A DNA stretch of 64,000 nucleotides from Candidatus Eiseniibacteriota bacterium (lineage in GTDB: Bacteria; Arandabacterota; Arandabacteria; Arandabacterales; Arandabacteraceae): assembly GCA_043810925.1 (NCBI GenBank), contig JBDRNT010000089.1:1-64000 (forward strand), in the 5' to 3' direction. The notes under the pieces were generated by a model. It was not told the origin of the DNA, did not search any database, and was given only the letters and a program-made list of their open reading frames with translations. This document shows positions 19,887-28,835 of this stretch, in pieces. The position numbers and the translations under genes were made by a program. Numbering within the stretch: the first letter of the stretch is position 1; every line of letters starts with the position of its first letter.

Positions 19887-20756
19887 TCACAAACTCCTCG
19901 GTCTGGCGGCGGATACAAGTCTGGTCACGTGTTGCTTCGACGGTTCCCCCGACCCGGCTTCGATCGTTACGATGACCTTCCTGATGTCCGAGAAATCATC
20001 GGGTTCAGCGACAATACTGCGGTCCTGGAGTTCGTAGTCGAAGCTCAGGAGGTTGACGTATTCGCTTAACACCCTCGGGGAGTCGACCCCTATCTGTCTC
20101 ATAATGCGAGGCCGGGTGCTGTCAGAGTGGTCGACGTAGTAGGTTACGAGCTCAGCTGCAAAGACACTTGTGTCGACCGGATAACCCCCCGGCGGCCAGG
20201 GTCGATGTCCGGCGGCCAGGTTGAACGGGGAAGTTGCATCATGATGGATTGACGTTCCCTGTATATCTGTGATCTCAAAGAGGTTCGCAAACGAGCCCTC
20301 CGCCACGACGATAAGGTTTCCGACCGCGAAGCCGGCTACGCTGTTTACGTCTGTGACCTGTCCGGCAAGGATCATCTTGCTCCTCAGAGTGGTTTCCGCG
20401 TCACCGAATTTCCCAAGAATCGTAAGTTTCTCATTTGTGTTCACCGTCGTATCCGGATTGACGGGATACAGTATGATCGAATCACCCAACGCCGTTGATG
20501 TGACAACCGGAACCTGGATTGCGCTGCCTGCCATCCTTATCTCCGAGACCAGGAAGTCGAGTGTCGATCTCGCGTTCTGCCTGGCCTGGGTTACGTGATA
20601 GGAGGTGTCTCGTGCTTCCTCGTTTCTCGACAGGAATGTCAGCATGACCCCGACTGCGCTCACGAAGATAAGCCCGGCGATCAAGAGTTCGATCAACGTG
20701 AATCCGGCCTCCCGGTTTCCCAGGATCGGCCCGGACCTGTGCAGCCTTCTTCTCAC
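19887..20756 (-). CDS. PilW-like minor pilin, copy A
   Basis: G|FTLIELL, EIRMAG, terminal ARPR. Confidence 0.85.
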   Translation of the reverse strand: MRRRLHRSGPILGNREAGFTLIELLIAGLIFVSAVGVMLTFLSRNEEARDTSYHVTQARQNARSTLDFLVSEIRMAGSAIQVPVVTSTALGDSIILYPVNPDTTVNTNEKLTILGKFGDAETTLRSKMILAGQVTDVNSVAGFAVGNLIVVAEGSFANLFEITDIQGTSIHHDATSPFNLAAGHRPWPPGGYPVDTSVFAAELVTYYVDHSDSTRPRIMRQIGVDSPRVLSEYVNLLSFDYELQDRSIVAEPDDFSDIRKVIVTIEAGSGEPSKQHVTRLVSAARPRSL

Positions 20757-20760
20757 AAGA

Positions 20761-21150
20761 TCACCGTCCCGCTCTCGCGATTATGGTCCAGAGTTTGAGT
20801 GAATCCTGGTCATATGTGTCCCAGGTCACCCTGACTTCTATGCGTTTGCATCCGGCGATGGGCACGTCTGCATAAGTTTCCCAGGTCCTCGTGTATGTGC
20901 CGTCTATCGGGTTGAGGGTGTCCGCATGGGTGTACCCGGGCGCAAGTTCGGCGGCATCGTAGGCCATCATGTGACAGTCCTCTATCTTCTCCTGGCAGAG
21001 CTCTACTGCTTTTGACATTATGCCCGATTTCCCCACATCTCTTGTGGCTGAGGGGAAGACGATGGAAAGACCGACAATGCCAATGGCGATGACTATAAGT
21101 GCCACAATGACTTCAACCAGCGTGAAGCCGTTTTCTTCTCTCTTCGACAT
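20761..21150 (-). CDS. PilV-like minor pilin
   Basis: G|FTLVEV, EVRVTW; RBS GGAGGAG. Confidence 0.85.
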   Translation of the reverse strand: MSKREENGFTLVEVIVALIVIAIGIVGLSIVFPSATRDVGKSGIMSKAVELCQEKIEDCHMMAYDAAELAPGYTHADTLNPIDGTYTRTWETYADVPIAGCKRIEVRVTWDTYDQDSLKLWTIIARAGR

Positions 21151-21164
21151 CGGCTCCTCCAGTT

Positions 21165-21656
21165 TCAATCAGTTCTGCTGAGGCCGCTCGGTCTTATGAA
21201 AACCGTGCGGGAGCGGTTGCCTCCATCTGAAACGGTAACCGACCCTCCGGTTGTCCCGTTCTTGAGCATGCCCTTGGGAACAAAAATCACTGTGGCGGCC
21301 GGGTCGAGGTCGATGTCGGAGAACTCGTACCTGTCATCAAGTTCCCGTGTCCTTACAACCTGCTCTCCTGCATCGATCGCCCCGTTGGCCTCATTGAGCG
21401 GATTGCCGCCGCCGTCATCCTCGAAAACCGAGTAACTTCTCTGGCCTTGATCGAACACGATGGAGTGCGTTATCGACGTGGCTATTGCTTTCTGCCGCGC
21501 CAGCCACATATCTGCCATGATCTGCTTCGCGGTGGCCTTAACACCCGTTGAGTGCCCGAAGGACTTGAATGCGGGGATACCGACTCCTATCAATATCCCT
21601 ACGACGGCCACCACCACAAGGATCTCAATCAGAGTGAAACCCGGGCGTTTGCTCAT
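21165..21656 (-). CDS. FimT/GspH-like minor pilin, copy A
   Basis: G|FTLIEIL, LARQKAI, FVPKG; RBS AGGAGGAG. Confidence 0.87.
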   Translation of the reverse strand: MSKRPGFTLIEILVVVAVVGILIGVGIPAFKSFGHSTGVKATAKQIMADMWLARQKAIATSITHSIVFDQGQRSYSVFEDDGGGNPLNEANGAIDAGEQVVRTRELDDRYEFSDIDLDPAATVIFVPKGMLKNGTTGGSVTVSDGGNRSRTVFIRPSGLSRTD

Positions 21657-21682
21657 GATACTACTCCTCCTGGTACTTATCT

Positions 21683-21700
21683 TTGCACCATCCATGCCAG
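21683..21700 (-). promoter_or_regulatory. Sigma-54 promoter of pilin operon A
   Basis: Minus strand CTGGCAT-GGATG-GTGCAA, GG-N10-GC, directly upstream of the fimT RBS. Confidence 0.7.
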
Positions 21701-21785
21701 TTTGCCCGGTTCCGGAGACGCAGTACGAGCGCGGTCGCCTGATGTGGGTTGAGGTGGAGGCTTGATCCAACGTTGCAGAGTGCAC

Positions 21786-21814
21786 GGGTAGGCTTGCCGA
21801 ATGCAAGCCTACCC
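21786..21814. terminator. Perfect 12-bp hairpin between the two pilin operons
   Basis: gggtaggcttgc-cgaat-gcaagcctaccc; no clear U tract. Confidence 0.45.
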
Positions 21815-21852
21815 TCGACGCAGGTTACGTCACCTGGCGCTCCTGGCCGTGC

Positions 21853-23478
21853 CTACGTTTCCATCCAGGTTGTCATGTGGGGCACGGGCTGGTCTGTTTC
21901 AAAAACCATGGTGAGTGGGTAGTAGGGTGGAGAGATGCCCCGTGTGTCGTAATTGAAGTCCCTGCCGTAGCCCGTCTGGGATCCGTACTGGGAAAACGTG
22001 CCGAATGCGCCGTAATATCTTTCAACGACGCCGCCTCTGAAGTGGACCTGGCCCCTGTATGAGCCGAGGTTGTAGTCATCGACCTTGAAGGCGCCCCTGT
22101 TTCCGGCGGCCAGTGCGAACATGTCCAGGACGAGATCATCGGGGGCCGTCGTGGTTATTCGAACGTCACCGCCCGATGAATAGGCTCCGAGAATGCAGTC
22201 TGAGTTGTCGTAGGACTCATAGGTTATGTCCCTGTCCACCAGGATGTCATCGATGGCCGTTATCGTCACCTGCGTGTTCGCCTCGATGGCCGGTGGCGGC
22301 GTGCCGCCGACCCTGGCCGGGCCGCCCAAGCTCGATACCCTGCCGGTCACATAGATCATACCTCTTGGGAGCCCGTTGTAGATTGTTGAGTCGCTGCCGG
22401 TGTAGATCCTGGTTCTTGAATTCGTCCTGTCGAGCACGATGCGTTTTGTGACGCCGTTTTCATCTCTGATCACGTAGTTCTGGTCACCGTATTGATCTAT
22501 CGACAGTCTCAGTCTACTCGCGTCACCCGCGACATAGATGCCCCCTGTCACTGAGACGCTGTCGTTGGGCACATAGATGCCCTTGGGCACCGGGGCCGGA
22601 TCCAGGGGATCAAGCCCCAGTGCCGCCTTGATCTGCGAAGTGGCGAGGGCTGTAGTGTCAAGCGCCGTGAACCCGAGAGCCGCTCTTTCCTGGCTGAACG
22701 AGTTCGATGGCAGAAATATGGGGTCGACCCCGCGTTCGAAACCGCCGTAGAAATCGGGTACATCCCTGTCACCGTTACGATCGGCGTCGAGGTCTATGGG
22801 TCTACCGTAGTTGTAGTACGACGCAACCTGCGGTACGGATGTCACAAGGTCTTCGAAGGTAGGGAAGTAGGCGAACCGCAGTTTGCCGTTGCTGTGTATC
22901 CGGCCGTCGAAATAGCCGCTCGTGTGGAACCAGATCTGCTGGCCGTCCGGGGTGTAGTGGACATCTGTGAAGATCAGGTAGTCGGCGAAGGAACCCCTCG
23001 AGGCACTGAGCCTCAGGGTACCCTCGGAAATCACACGTCGCTCCCCGCTGATGGCTGCGGTCCCCGTCGCCACCGACCTGTATCCGAAGTTGAACGTCTG
23101 GCTCTGCGAATGAAGGACACTGTCGATGAATGTGAATGTGGTTGAGACCTCCAGCCCCAAGCCTGCATCCTGGTAAAAAAGACCGGTTGTGGGGAAGAAG
23201 TTCAAAGGATCGACGATTATGGGGCCCGTGCCTATCCAGACCAGGCGCAGACTGTCCATCTTGGTCCGGCTGAACCCGGTCATCTGCTGCTTCGCGACTT
23301 CGACCGCCCCGTCGGCATTGTAGAGGGCCTGCATGGCGATCTTCTGGTTAAGGGATACCCCTTTCTCAGAGATCGACAATGTCATGATCCCGAGTGCCAT
23401 CACGGAGATGATCATGGTGAGTGAGATTGCTATAATCAACGCGACGCCGGATTCGCTTCTACACATGTTCTTAATCAT
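21853..23478 (-). CDS. PilX-like minor pilin / DUF4900-like protein, copy B
   Basis: G|VALIIAI; long blocks identical to copy A such as IWFHTSGYFDGRIHSN. Confidence 0.82.
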   Translation of the reverse strand: MIKNMCRSESGVALIIAISLTMIISVMALGIMTLSISEKGVSLNQKIAMQALYNADGAVEVAKQQMTGFSRTKMDSLRLVWIGTGPIIVDPLNFFPTTGLFYQDAGLGLEVSTTFTFIDSVLHSQSQTFNFGYRSVATGTAAISGERRVISEGTLRLSASRGSFADYLIFTDVHYTPDGQQIWFHTSGYFDGRIHSNGKLRFAYFPTFEDLVTSVPQVASYYNYGRPIDLDADRNGDRDVPDFYGGFERGVDPIFLPSNSFSQERAALGFTALDTTALATSQIKAALGLDPLDPAPVPKGIYVPNDSVSVTGGIYVAGDASRLRLSIDQYGDQNYVIRDENGVTKRIVLDRTNSRTRIYTGSDSTIYNGLPRGMIYVTGRVSSLGGPARVGGTPPPAIEANTQVTITAIDDILVDRDITYESYDNSDCILGAYSSGGDVRITTTAPDDLVLDMFALAAGNRGAFKVDDYNLGSYRGQVHFRGGVVERYYGAFGTFSQYGSQTGYGRDFNYDTRGISPPYYPLTMVFETDQPVPHMTTWMET

Positions 23479-23479
23479 G

Positions 23480-24352
23480 TTACAGGCACCTCGGCTTGGC
23501 GGCTGAGACCAGCCTGGTCACATGCCGCTTGGAAGGTTCATCGGATGACGCTTCAATTGTCACGGTGACCTGTCTTATGAGCGACGGATCGACGGGCATA
23601 GCGACTGCAGTCTTATCCTGAAGCTCATACTGCATCTCAAGCAGGTCTATATGATCCCCTATGACCCTGGGAGGCTGACTTCCGTCCTGTCTCATCACCA
23701 CGGTGCGGCTTGCGTCGCTTCGGTCTACATAGTAGGTCACCAGGTTGGCCTTGAATACCTGGCTGCCGCTGTCGTAGCCACCCGGCGGCCAGGGTCTGTG
23801 GCCACCAGGCCAGTTATAAGGTGAAGTTAGATCATGCAGGAGTTGTCCCGTTGAATAAGATATTCCGGTCACCTCGAACAGGTTCGCAGCCATCCCGCTT
23901 CTTACCACTACCAGGTCGCCGACCTCAAAACCATTGAGGCTTGCGACCTTGATAGCCGTGCTTGCGCCGGGCATGGGGGCATCGAGAGTGGTTTCGAGAT
24001 CAGTGAACTTGCCGAGCACCGTGATCTTCTCAGGATTCCCGCCGACCAGCTCGGGATTGACGGGATGGAGAATCACCGAGTCGCCCGCTGCGTCTGATGT
24101 GACGACCGAGGCGATGAAGCCACTGCCGGCCATTCTGATCTCTGAGACCATGAACTCGAGCGCGGATCTGGCACTCTGCCGCGACTCAAGAACGTAGTAG
24201 GACGTCTCCCGGGCCTCCTCATTTCTTGCCAGGATAGACATGAGCACCCCCACGGCCGTAACAAAGACCAGGGTGGCGACCATCAGCTCGATCAGGGTGA
24301 GGCCCTTCTGTTTGTCATCGCCTGTGAACATCGATTTACTCAGTCCCATCAT
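23480..24352 (-). CDS. PilW-like minor pilin, copy B
   Basis: G|LTLIELM, EIRMAG, GHRPWPPGGY shared with copy A. Confidence 0.85.
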   Translation of the reverse strand: MMGLSKSMFTGDDKQKGLTLIELMVATLVFVTAVGVLMSILARNEEARETSYYVLESRQSARSALEFMVSEIRMAGSGFIASVVTSDAAGDSVILHPVNPELVGGNPEKITVLGKFTDLETTLDAPMPGASTAIKVASLNGFEVGDLVVVRSGMAANLFEVTGISYSTGQLLHDLTSPYNWPGGHRPWPPGGYDSGSQVFKANLVTYYVDRSDASRTVVMRQDGSQPPRVIGDHIDLLEMQYELQDKTAVAMPVDPSLIRQVTVTIEASSDEPSKRHVTRLVSAAKPRCL

Positions 24353-24358
24353 AGCCTG

Positions 24359-24656
24359 TCACCTTCCTGCGCTTGCGATTGCGGTTTGCCCGGTTGAGAG
24401 TGTTTCCGCCCCCATCATCCCTGAAAGCGACATAGCGATTCTCTCCCGATTGGAAACGGATAGAGTGGGGAGAAGAAGTCGTGATGGCCTTTTGCCGGGC
24501 AAGCCAGAGGTCGCCGGCGATCTGTTTGGCGGATGCTCTGACACCGGTAGATTGGTCAACGGTCTTCGGAGCCGGAACGCCGGCTAATACGAAGATCCCA
24601 GCGATTGCCAGTACTGTCAGAAGTTCTAGGAACGTAAAGCCTGCTTGCGTCCGCAT
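24359..24656 (-). pseudogene. fimT'-'pilV fusion remnant (internal deletion)
   Basis: FimT N-half (GFTFLEL...DDGGGNTLNRAN) joined out of frame to TAIASAGR*, which matches the PilV end TIIARAGR*. Confidence 0.8.
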
Positions 24657-24787
24657 ACAAAAAAGACCCTCCCAACCACCGCACGACACAGACCTACAAG
24701 CAGGTCTCTACCAGGTAGTCTGAGGGCTTGAATCTAGTGTATCAGACGCAGCTGGTTGTGGTCAAGCACTTTCTGCGCACAAAGTGG

Positions 24788-24815
24788 TCAAGTCGACCGC
24801 ATTTTGGGACGATCA
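24788..24815 (+). promoter_or_regulatory. Sigma-28-like promoter
   Basis: TCAAG-N15-GACGATCA. Confidence 0.45.
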
Positions 24816-24851
24816 CAGGAATAGAGACGATATCAGAAAGGAGAACCGCGA

Positions 24852-25292
24852 GTGGCTGTCGGAAACAAGGTAGCAATCAGATATAAAGACGGCAAGGTGG
24901 CCAAGGGGACCACCCATGACTTCGTACCGGGGAGACCGGTATTTCACATTCAGTCAGGTGACTCAAGTCAGCCGTCGGAAGTGAAGATGGATGATCTCAA
25001 AGCGATCTTTTTCGTCAAGGACTTCTCGGGAAAACCGGATTACTCGGAGACCAAGAAGTTTCCGGACAGCACGCCGGCATCAAAAGGCAGGAAGATCGCG
25101 GTGCTCTTCAATGATGGGGAGCTTCTGACGGGATACACCCTCGCGTACGATCCGCGTCGCCCGGGTTTCTTCGTCATGCCCACGGACGAGATGTCGAATA
25201 ACGACAGAGCCTACGTGGTAAGATCCGCGGTCAAGGACGTCGGCATGGGTCCGCAGGCCGATGAGATCCTGAAGAAGAACCTGCCGGCCTGA
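24852..25292 (+). CDS. DUF6982-like protein (internally duplicated beta domain)
   Basis: RYKDG..KG.T.DF, LKAIFFVKDF, F.DGE...G...Y....GFF..P.D..SNN.R pattern. Confidence 0.75.
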   Translation: MAVGNKVAIRYKDGKVAKGTTHDFVPGRPVFHIQSGDSSQPSEVKMDDLKAIFFVKDFSGKPDYSETKKFPDSTPASKGRKIAVLFNDGELLTGYTLAYDPRRPGFFVMPTDEMSNNDRAYVVRSAVKDVGMGPQADEILKKNLPA

Positions 25293-25317
25293 ACGCCGCC
25301 GAAGCAGCCTTTGCTCG

Positions 25318-26487
25318 TCAGGATTGTGGAACTGAAGCCATGGTCTGCTTGGAGCCCACGACCGCGTCGCCGCCCTGTGACTTGCACTGCTCCAGCCTCT
25401 TTACGAGAGTGGATATGATGGTCTCACGATCGTCACCATCTTCGGGGCAACCGGCAATGGCGATCGACACGGTGGGCGGATCAGCGAGTTGAGAGTCCTT
25501 GAGTTCCTTGATTCGGGATACGTACCTGCCGGCGAATACAGTCGCACCTCTGGCATCCGTCTGGGGCAGCAAGAGCACAAAAGCGTTTTCGTCGAATAAC
25601 CCCTGCAGGTCGACGCCCCTGGTCTCTCCCTTGAGCACCGACGACATCAGTTTTATGAGATGGGATGCCGCCACGTGTCCCTTCTTCTCGACCCACTCCG
25701 GATACTGATCAACCGATATGAGGGCAGCCGAGAAACCGGCTCGGTAGCGCAGGTATCTGTTGATCAACTCCGAAAGTCGTCCCTCAATGTAGGCACGGGT
25801 GTACAGATTGCACTGACCCTCGATTATGCCCTTAAGCAGAGGGACCCCATCGAACGACTGCTTGCTTGCCGCTTGCGCGCCGACCGGCGTCATGGCATAC
25901 CGGTAGATCGGGTGTATCATTGTCCCGTCTTTGGGAATCTGTCTCCCACATGGGACGCTGAGGAACTCCTCAACAGGATGAGCGAATATCTTCTTGCAGG
26001 TGGTGCAGTAGTATGATTCTGCGGATCTCTCATAGTCCACACCGACGTGCCGCATGTGCTTCGAGCATTTCGGGCAAATGAGATCGGTTCCATGTCCCGC
26101 CTCATCCTCGATTCCCACCCACCCGCATCGGAAGTGATGGACGACTTCCTTCTTGACTATCAGGCTCGATCTGCAGTACGGACAGAGTCTTCTGAGCCTG
26201 AGGTTGTTGCGGAGACAGTACGGGCAGAGATCGACCTTGTCGAAGATCTCTCTTGACAGGCAGCCCGACTCGGCAAGTGATTCAAGCAACTCCAGCTCGT
26301 CTCCCGGCTTGCAGTCCAAGAGCCTGTGGATGTCGGGATACGAGTAACCCACCCGTGCCTCGTTGGAAATCACGGGCTCGATCTTTGCTTGGCACCCGGA
26401 CTCGGCCAGGCACGTTAATACCTTGAGTCCGTTCTCAGGGTTGTTCAGCATGTTGGGATGTCCACGATCGGTCTCTCGGTCAGCCAT
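25318..26487 (-). CDS. Zn-ribbon (TackOD1-like) protein fused to a degenerate GGDEF domain
   Basis: CPYC, CPYC, HFRC, CPKC, CTTC motifs; GGDEF position reads DENAF; RGVD I-site. Confidence 0.8.
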   Translation of the reverse strand: MADRETDRGHPNMLNNPENGLKVLTCLAESGCQAKIEPVISNEARVGYSYPDIHRLLDCKPGDELELLESLAESGCLSREIFDKVDLCPYCLRNNLRLRRLCPYCRSSLIVKKEVVHHFRCGWVGIEDEAGHGTDLICPKCSKHMRHVGVDYERSAESYYCTTCKKIFAHPVEEFLSVPCGRQIPKDGTMIHPIYRYAMTPVGAQAASKQSFDGVPLLKGIIEGQCNLYTRAYIEGRLSELINRYLRYRAGFSAALISVDQYPEWVEKKGHVAASHLIKLMSSVLKGETRGVDLQGLFDENAFVLLLPQTDARGATVFAGRYVSRIKELKDSQLADPPTVSIAIAGCPEDGDDRETIISTLVKRLEQCKSQGGDAVVGSKQTMASVPQS

Positions 26488-26679
26488 TTCTTCCCCCCCG
26501 GTACCTTGGCACTGTGATTGGTTTCAAGTCAGTTGATCGGCAGCCGGTAAGGTGAAATCAAGTCTTTTCGGAACTCCCGAATAAGTGTTGTGACCCGGGC
26601 ACAAAGACTTGCAAAAACGGGTCGAATAACGCTATTATCTGCAAAACGTGAGGCCCGGATCAGGGAAAGGTGTTCGGTC

Positions 26680-27768
26680 ATGAAGAAGACGATTGCGATG
26701 TTGACCGCCGGCGGCGATTGCCCCGGAATAAATGCGGTCATAAGGGCCGTTGTGAAAACGGCCATAAACGACCACGGTATGGATGTGGTCGGAATCGAAG
26801 ACGGTTTTCTCGGACTCATCGAAGGCCGGTGGCGACAGCTCGGCTACGAGGACGTTTCCGGGATCATCACTCTCGGCGGTACGATTCTTGGCACATCGAA
26901 CAAGTCCGATCCTTTCGGCTATGTGGTCGACCGGGAATCGGCGAAAGCGGAGCGCGTCGATGTATCGGACACCGTCATCAAGAACTTCGAAAGGATCGGA
27001 GCGTCGTCACTCATAGCGATTGGGGGGGACGGTACGCTCAGTATTTCCGAGAAGCTCTCCCAGAAAGGTCTCCCGGTGATCGGTATTCCCAAGACAATAG
27101 ACAATGATGTGCGCTGCACGGACTACACATTCGGCTTCGACTCTGCCGTTGCGACGGCCACGGACGCTATCGATAAGATCCACACGACGGCGCAGTCCCA
27201 TCACCGGGTGATGATAATCGAGGTCATGGGACGGTACGTGGGCTGGCTGGCCCTGTGTTCCGGGACCGCCGGAGGTGGTGACATCATTTTGATCCCGGAG
27301 ATTACCTGCGATATCGACATCGTGTGCAAGCGGCTCCTGGAGAGAAGCAGAAAAGGCAAGAGGTTCACGATCGTGGTTGTCGCAGAAGGGGCGAAGGAAC
27401 TGGGCGGCGATCTGGTCGTAAAGAGGGTCGTCAAGGACAGTCACGACCGGATCAGACTTGGCGGAATCGCCGAGGTGTTGGCGGCCGAAGTCGAAGAGCG
27501 AACAGGGCTTGAGACCCGCGTGACTGTGCTGGGCCATCTTCAGAGGGGCGGGACGCCCACCGCTTTCGACCGCGTGCTCGCAACCCGGTTCGGCAGAGAG
27601 GCCGCTACGCTGGCCGGTGAGGGCCGCGAAGGGATAATGGTTGCACTGAAGTGCGGCGACATCGTCACCGTCGCCATCAAGGATGCCATCGCGGATCTCA
27701 AGTGGGTTCCGCGTGATCATCACCTGATTGCAACCGCGGAGTCGGTGGGAATGAGTTTCGGCATCTAA
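26680..27768 (+). CDS. pfkA: 6-phosphofructokinase (probably ATP-dependent)
   Basis: GGDCPGIN, GGDGT, PKTIDND, EVMGR, LGHLQRGG. Confidence 0.95.
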   Translation: MKKTIAMLTAGGDCPGINAVIRAVVKTAINDHGMDVVGIEDGFLGLIEGRWRQLGYEDVSGIITLGGTILGTSNKSDPFGYVVDRESAKAERVDVSDTVIKNFERIGASSLIAIGGDGTLSISEKLSQKGLPVIGIPKTIDNDVRCTDYTFGFDSAVATATDAIDKIHTTAQSHHRVMIIEVMGRYVGWLALCSGTAGGGDIILIPEITCDIDIVCKRLLERSRKGKRFTIVVVAEGAKELGGDLVVKRVVKDSHDRIRLGGIAEVLAAEVEERTGLETRVTVLGHLQRGGTPTAFDRVLATRFGREAATLAGEGREGIMVALKCGDIVTVAIKDAIADLKWVPRDHHLIATAESVGMSFGI

Positions 27769-28835
27769 CGGGGCCCAGCTGTGAGCACCGCGCGGAGCGC
27801 TTCCGCCATCCTGCTTTCTTCAATCATCTCCATGCAGTCGAAGTACGCACACTTGTCACCCTTACAGGTCGGACATTCGGGAACGGGCGGCATGACAATC
27901 GAGGCCGTGCCGCCGATGGGACCCCATCGTCTGGGGCTGCATGATCTAACGGGGGAGAAGAAGGAAAGCGTCGGAGTTCCCATGGCGGCTGCCAGGTGCA
28001 TCGGGCCCGTGCTGCCCGATACGAACAGTTTCGCCTGCGCGATAACTGCCGCGAGATCGAGAAGACGCGGGATACCCGTAAGCCTGAGCGATTCTCCGGA
28101 CCTGTGATTGTCCATCTCATCGACGAGCGGGATCTCGTCCTCTCCGGCCGTTACAAGAACCCTGAGAGCGAATTCCGACTCCACCATGTCCGCAAGTTTG
28201 GCGAAGGACCTCAGGGTGAGATTCCTTGCCGACCCTCCGGAGCCGGGGTGGACGATCACGAAACCCTTGTGTTGAAGACCTCTTTGGTCAATAGCATCCC
28301 TTGCGAAACTCTCGGCGCTTTCGTCCACGCCTATCACCGGTGTGTGACTACGCTTCTTCAGGTCAAGGACCACACGGACACAGCTGAGATTGTACTCGGC
28401 CTCATGCTGCTCTGCGAATTTGCGGTGCTCCTTAACCGGCCTGTTGAACAGGAAGCTATATAAACGGTAGGCGGTCCCGACCCGGCGGCGCACCCCTGCC
28501 AGGACAAGCGCGACAGCAACCCTGAACGTGGGCCGCAGGATCAGTACTGTCTCCGCCTTGAGGCTTTTCACGGCGCGCGCAAGCTTAAGGACCTGCCTGA
28601 TACCTCCCGACGTCTCATCGTATTCGATCACTCCGTCAACGTACGGGCAAGCGCGCGCGATCTCCGATGTCCGGGGTGACGTGACATAGTAGACCTCAGC
28701 ACCCGGGTGGCTTTCCTTTATCGCCTCGGCAACCGGAAGCGACAGGATGAGGTCTCCGATCCGGTCGGTTCTAACGACTATGTATCTGGCCAAAACAAAC
28801 CTCGCCTGTGTCTTCCCTGAACGTCCATAACTCAA
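27765..28835 (-). CDS. GT9 (heptosyltransferase-like) glycosyltransferase
   Basis: DRIGDLIL, HPGSGGS, STGPMHLAAA. Confidence 0.9.
   Translation of the reverse strand: MSYGRSGKTQARFVLARYIVVRTDRIGDLILSLPVAEAIKESHPGAEVYYVTSPRTSEIARACPYVDGVIEYDETSGGIRQVLKLARAVKSLKAETVLILRPTFRVAVALVLAGVRRRVGTAYRLYSFLFNRPVKEHRKFAEQHEAEYNLSCVRVVLDLKKRSHTPVIGVDESAESFARDAIDQRGLQHKGFVIVHPGSGGSARNLTLRSFAKLADMVESEFALRVLVTAGEDEIPLVDEMDNHRSGESLRLTGIPRLLDLAAVIAQAKLFVSGSTGPMHLAAAMGTPTLSFFSPVRSCSPRRWGPIGGTASIVMPPVPECPTCKGDKCAYFDCMEMIEESRMAEALRAVLTAGPR

Noticed and set aside
26534-26585. Further sigma-28-like sites between the GGDEF gene and pfkA
   Set aside because: GCCGATCA (minus) lacks a matching -35 at 15 nt, and the plus-strand TCAAG site has the wrong spacing
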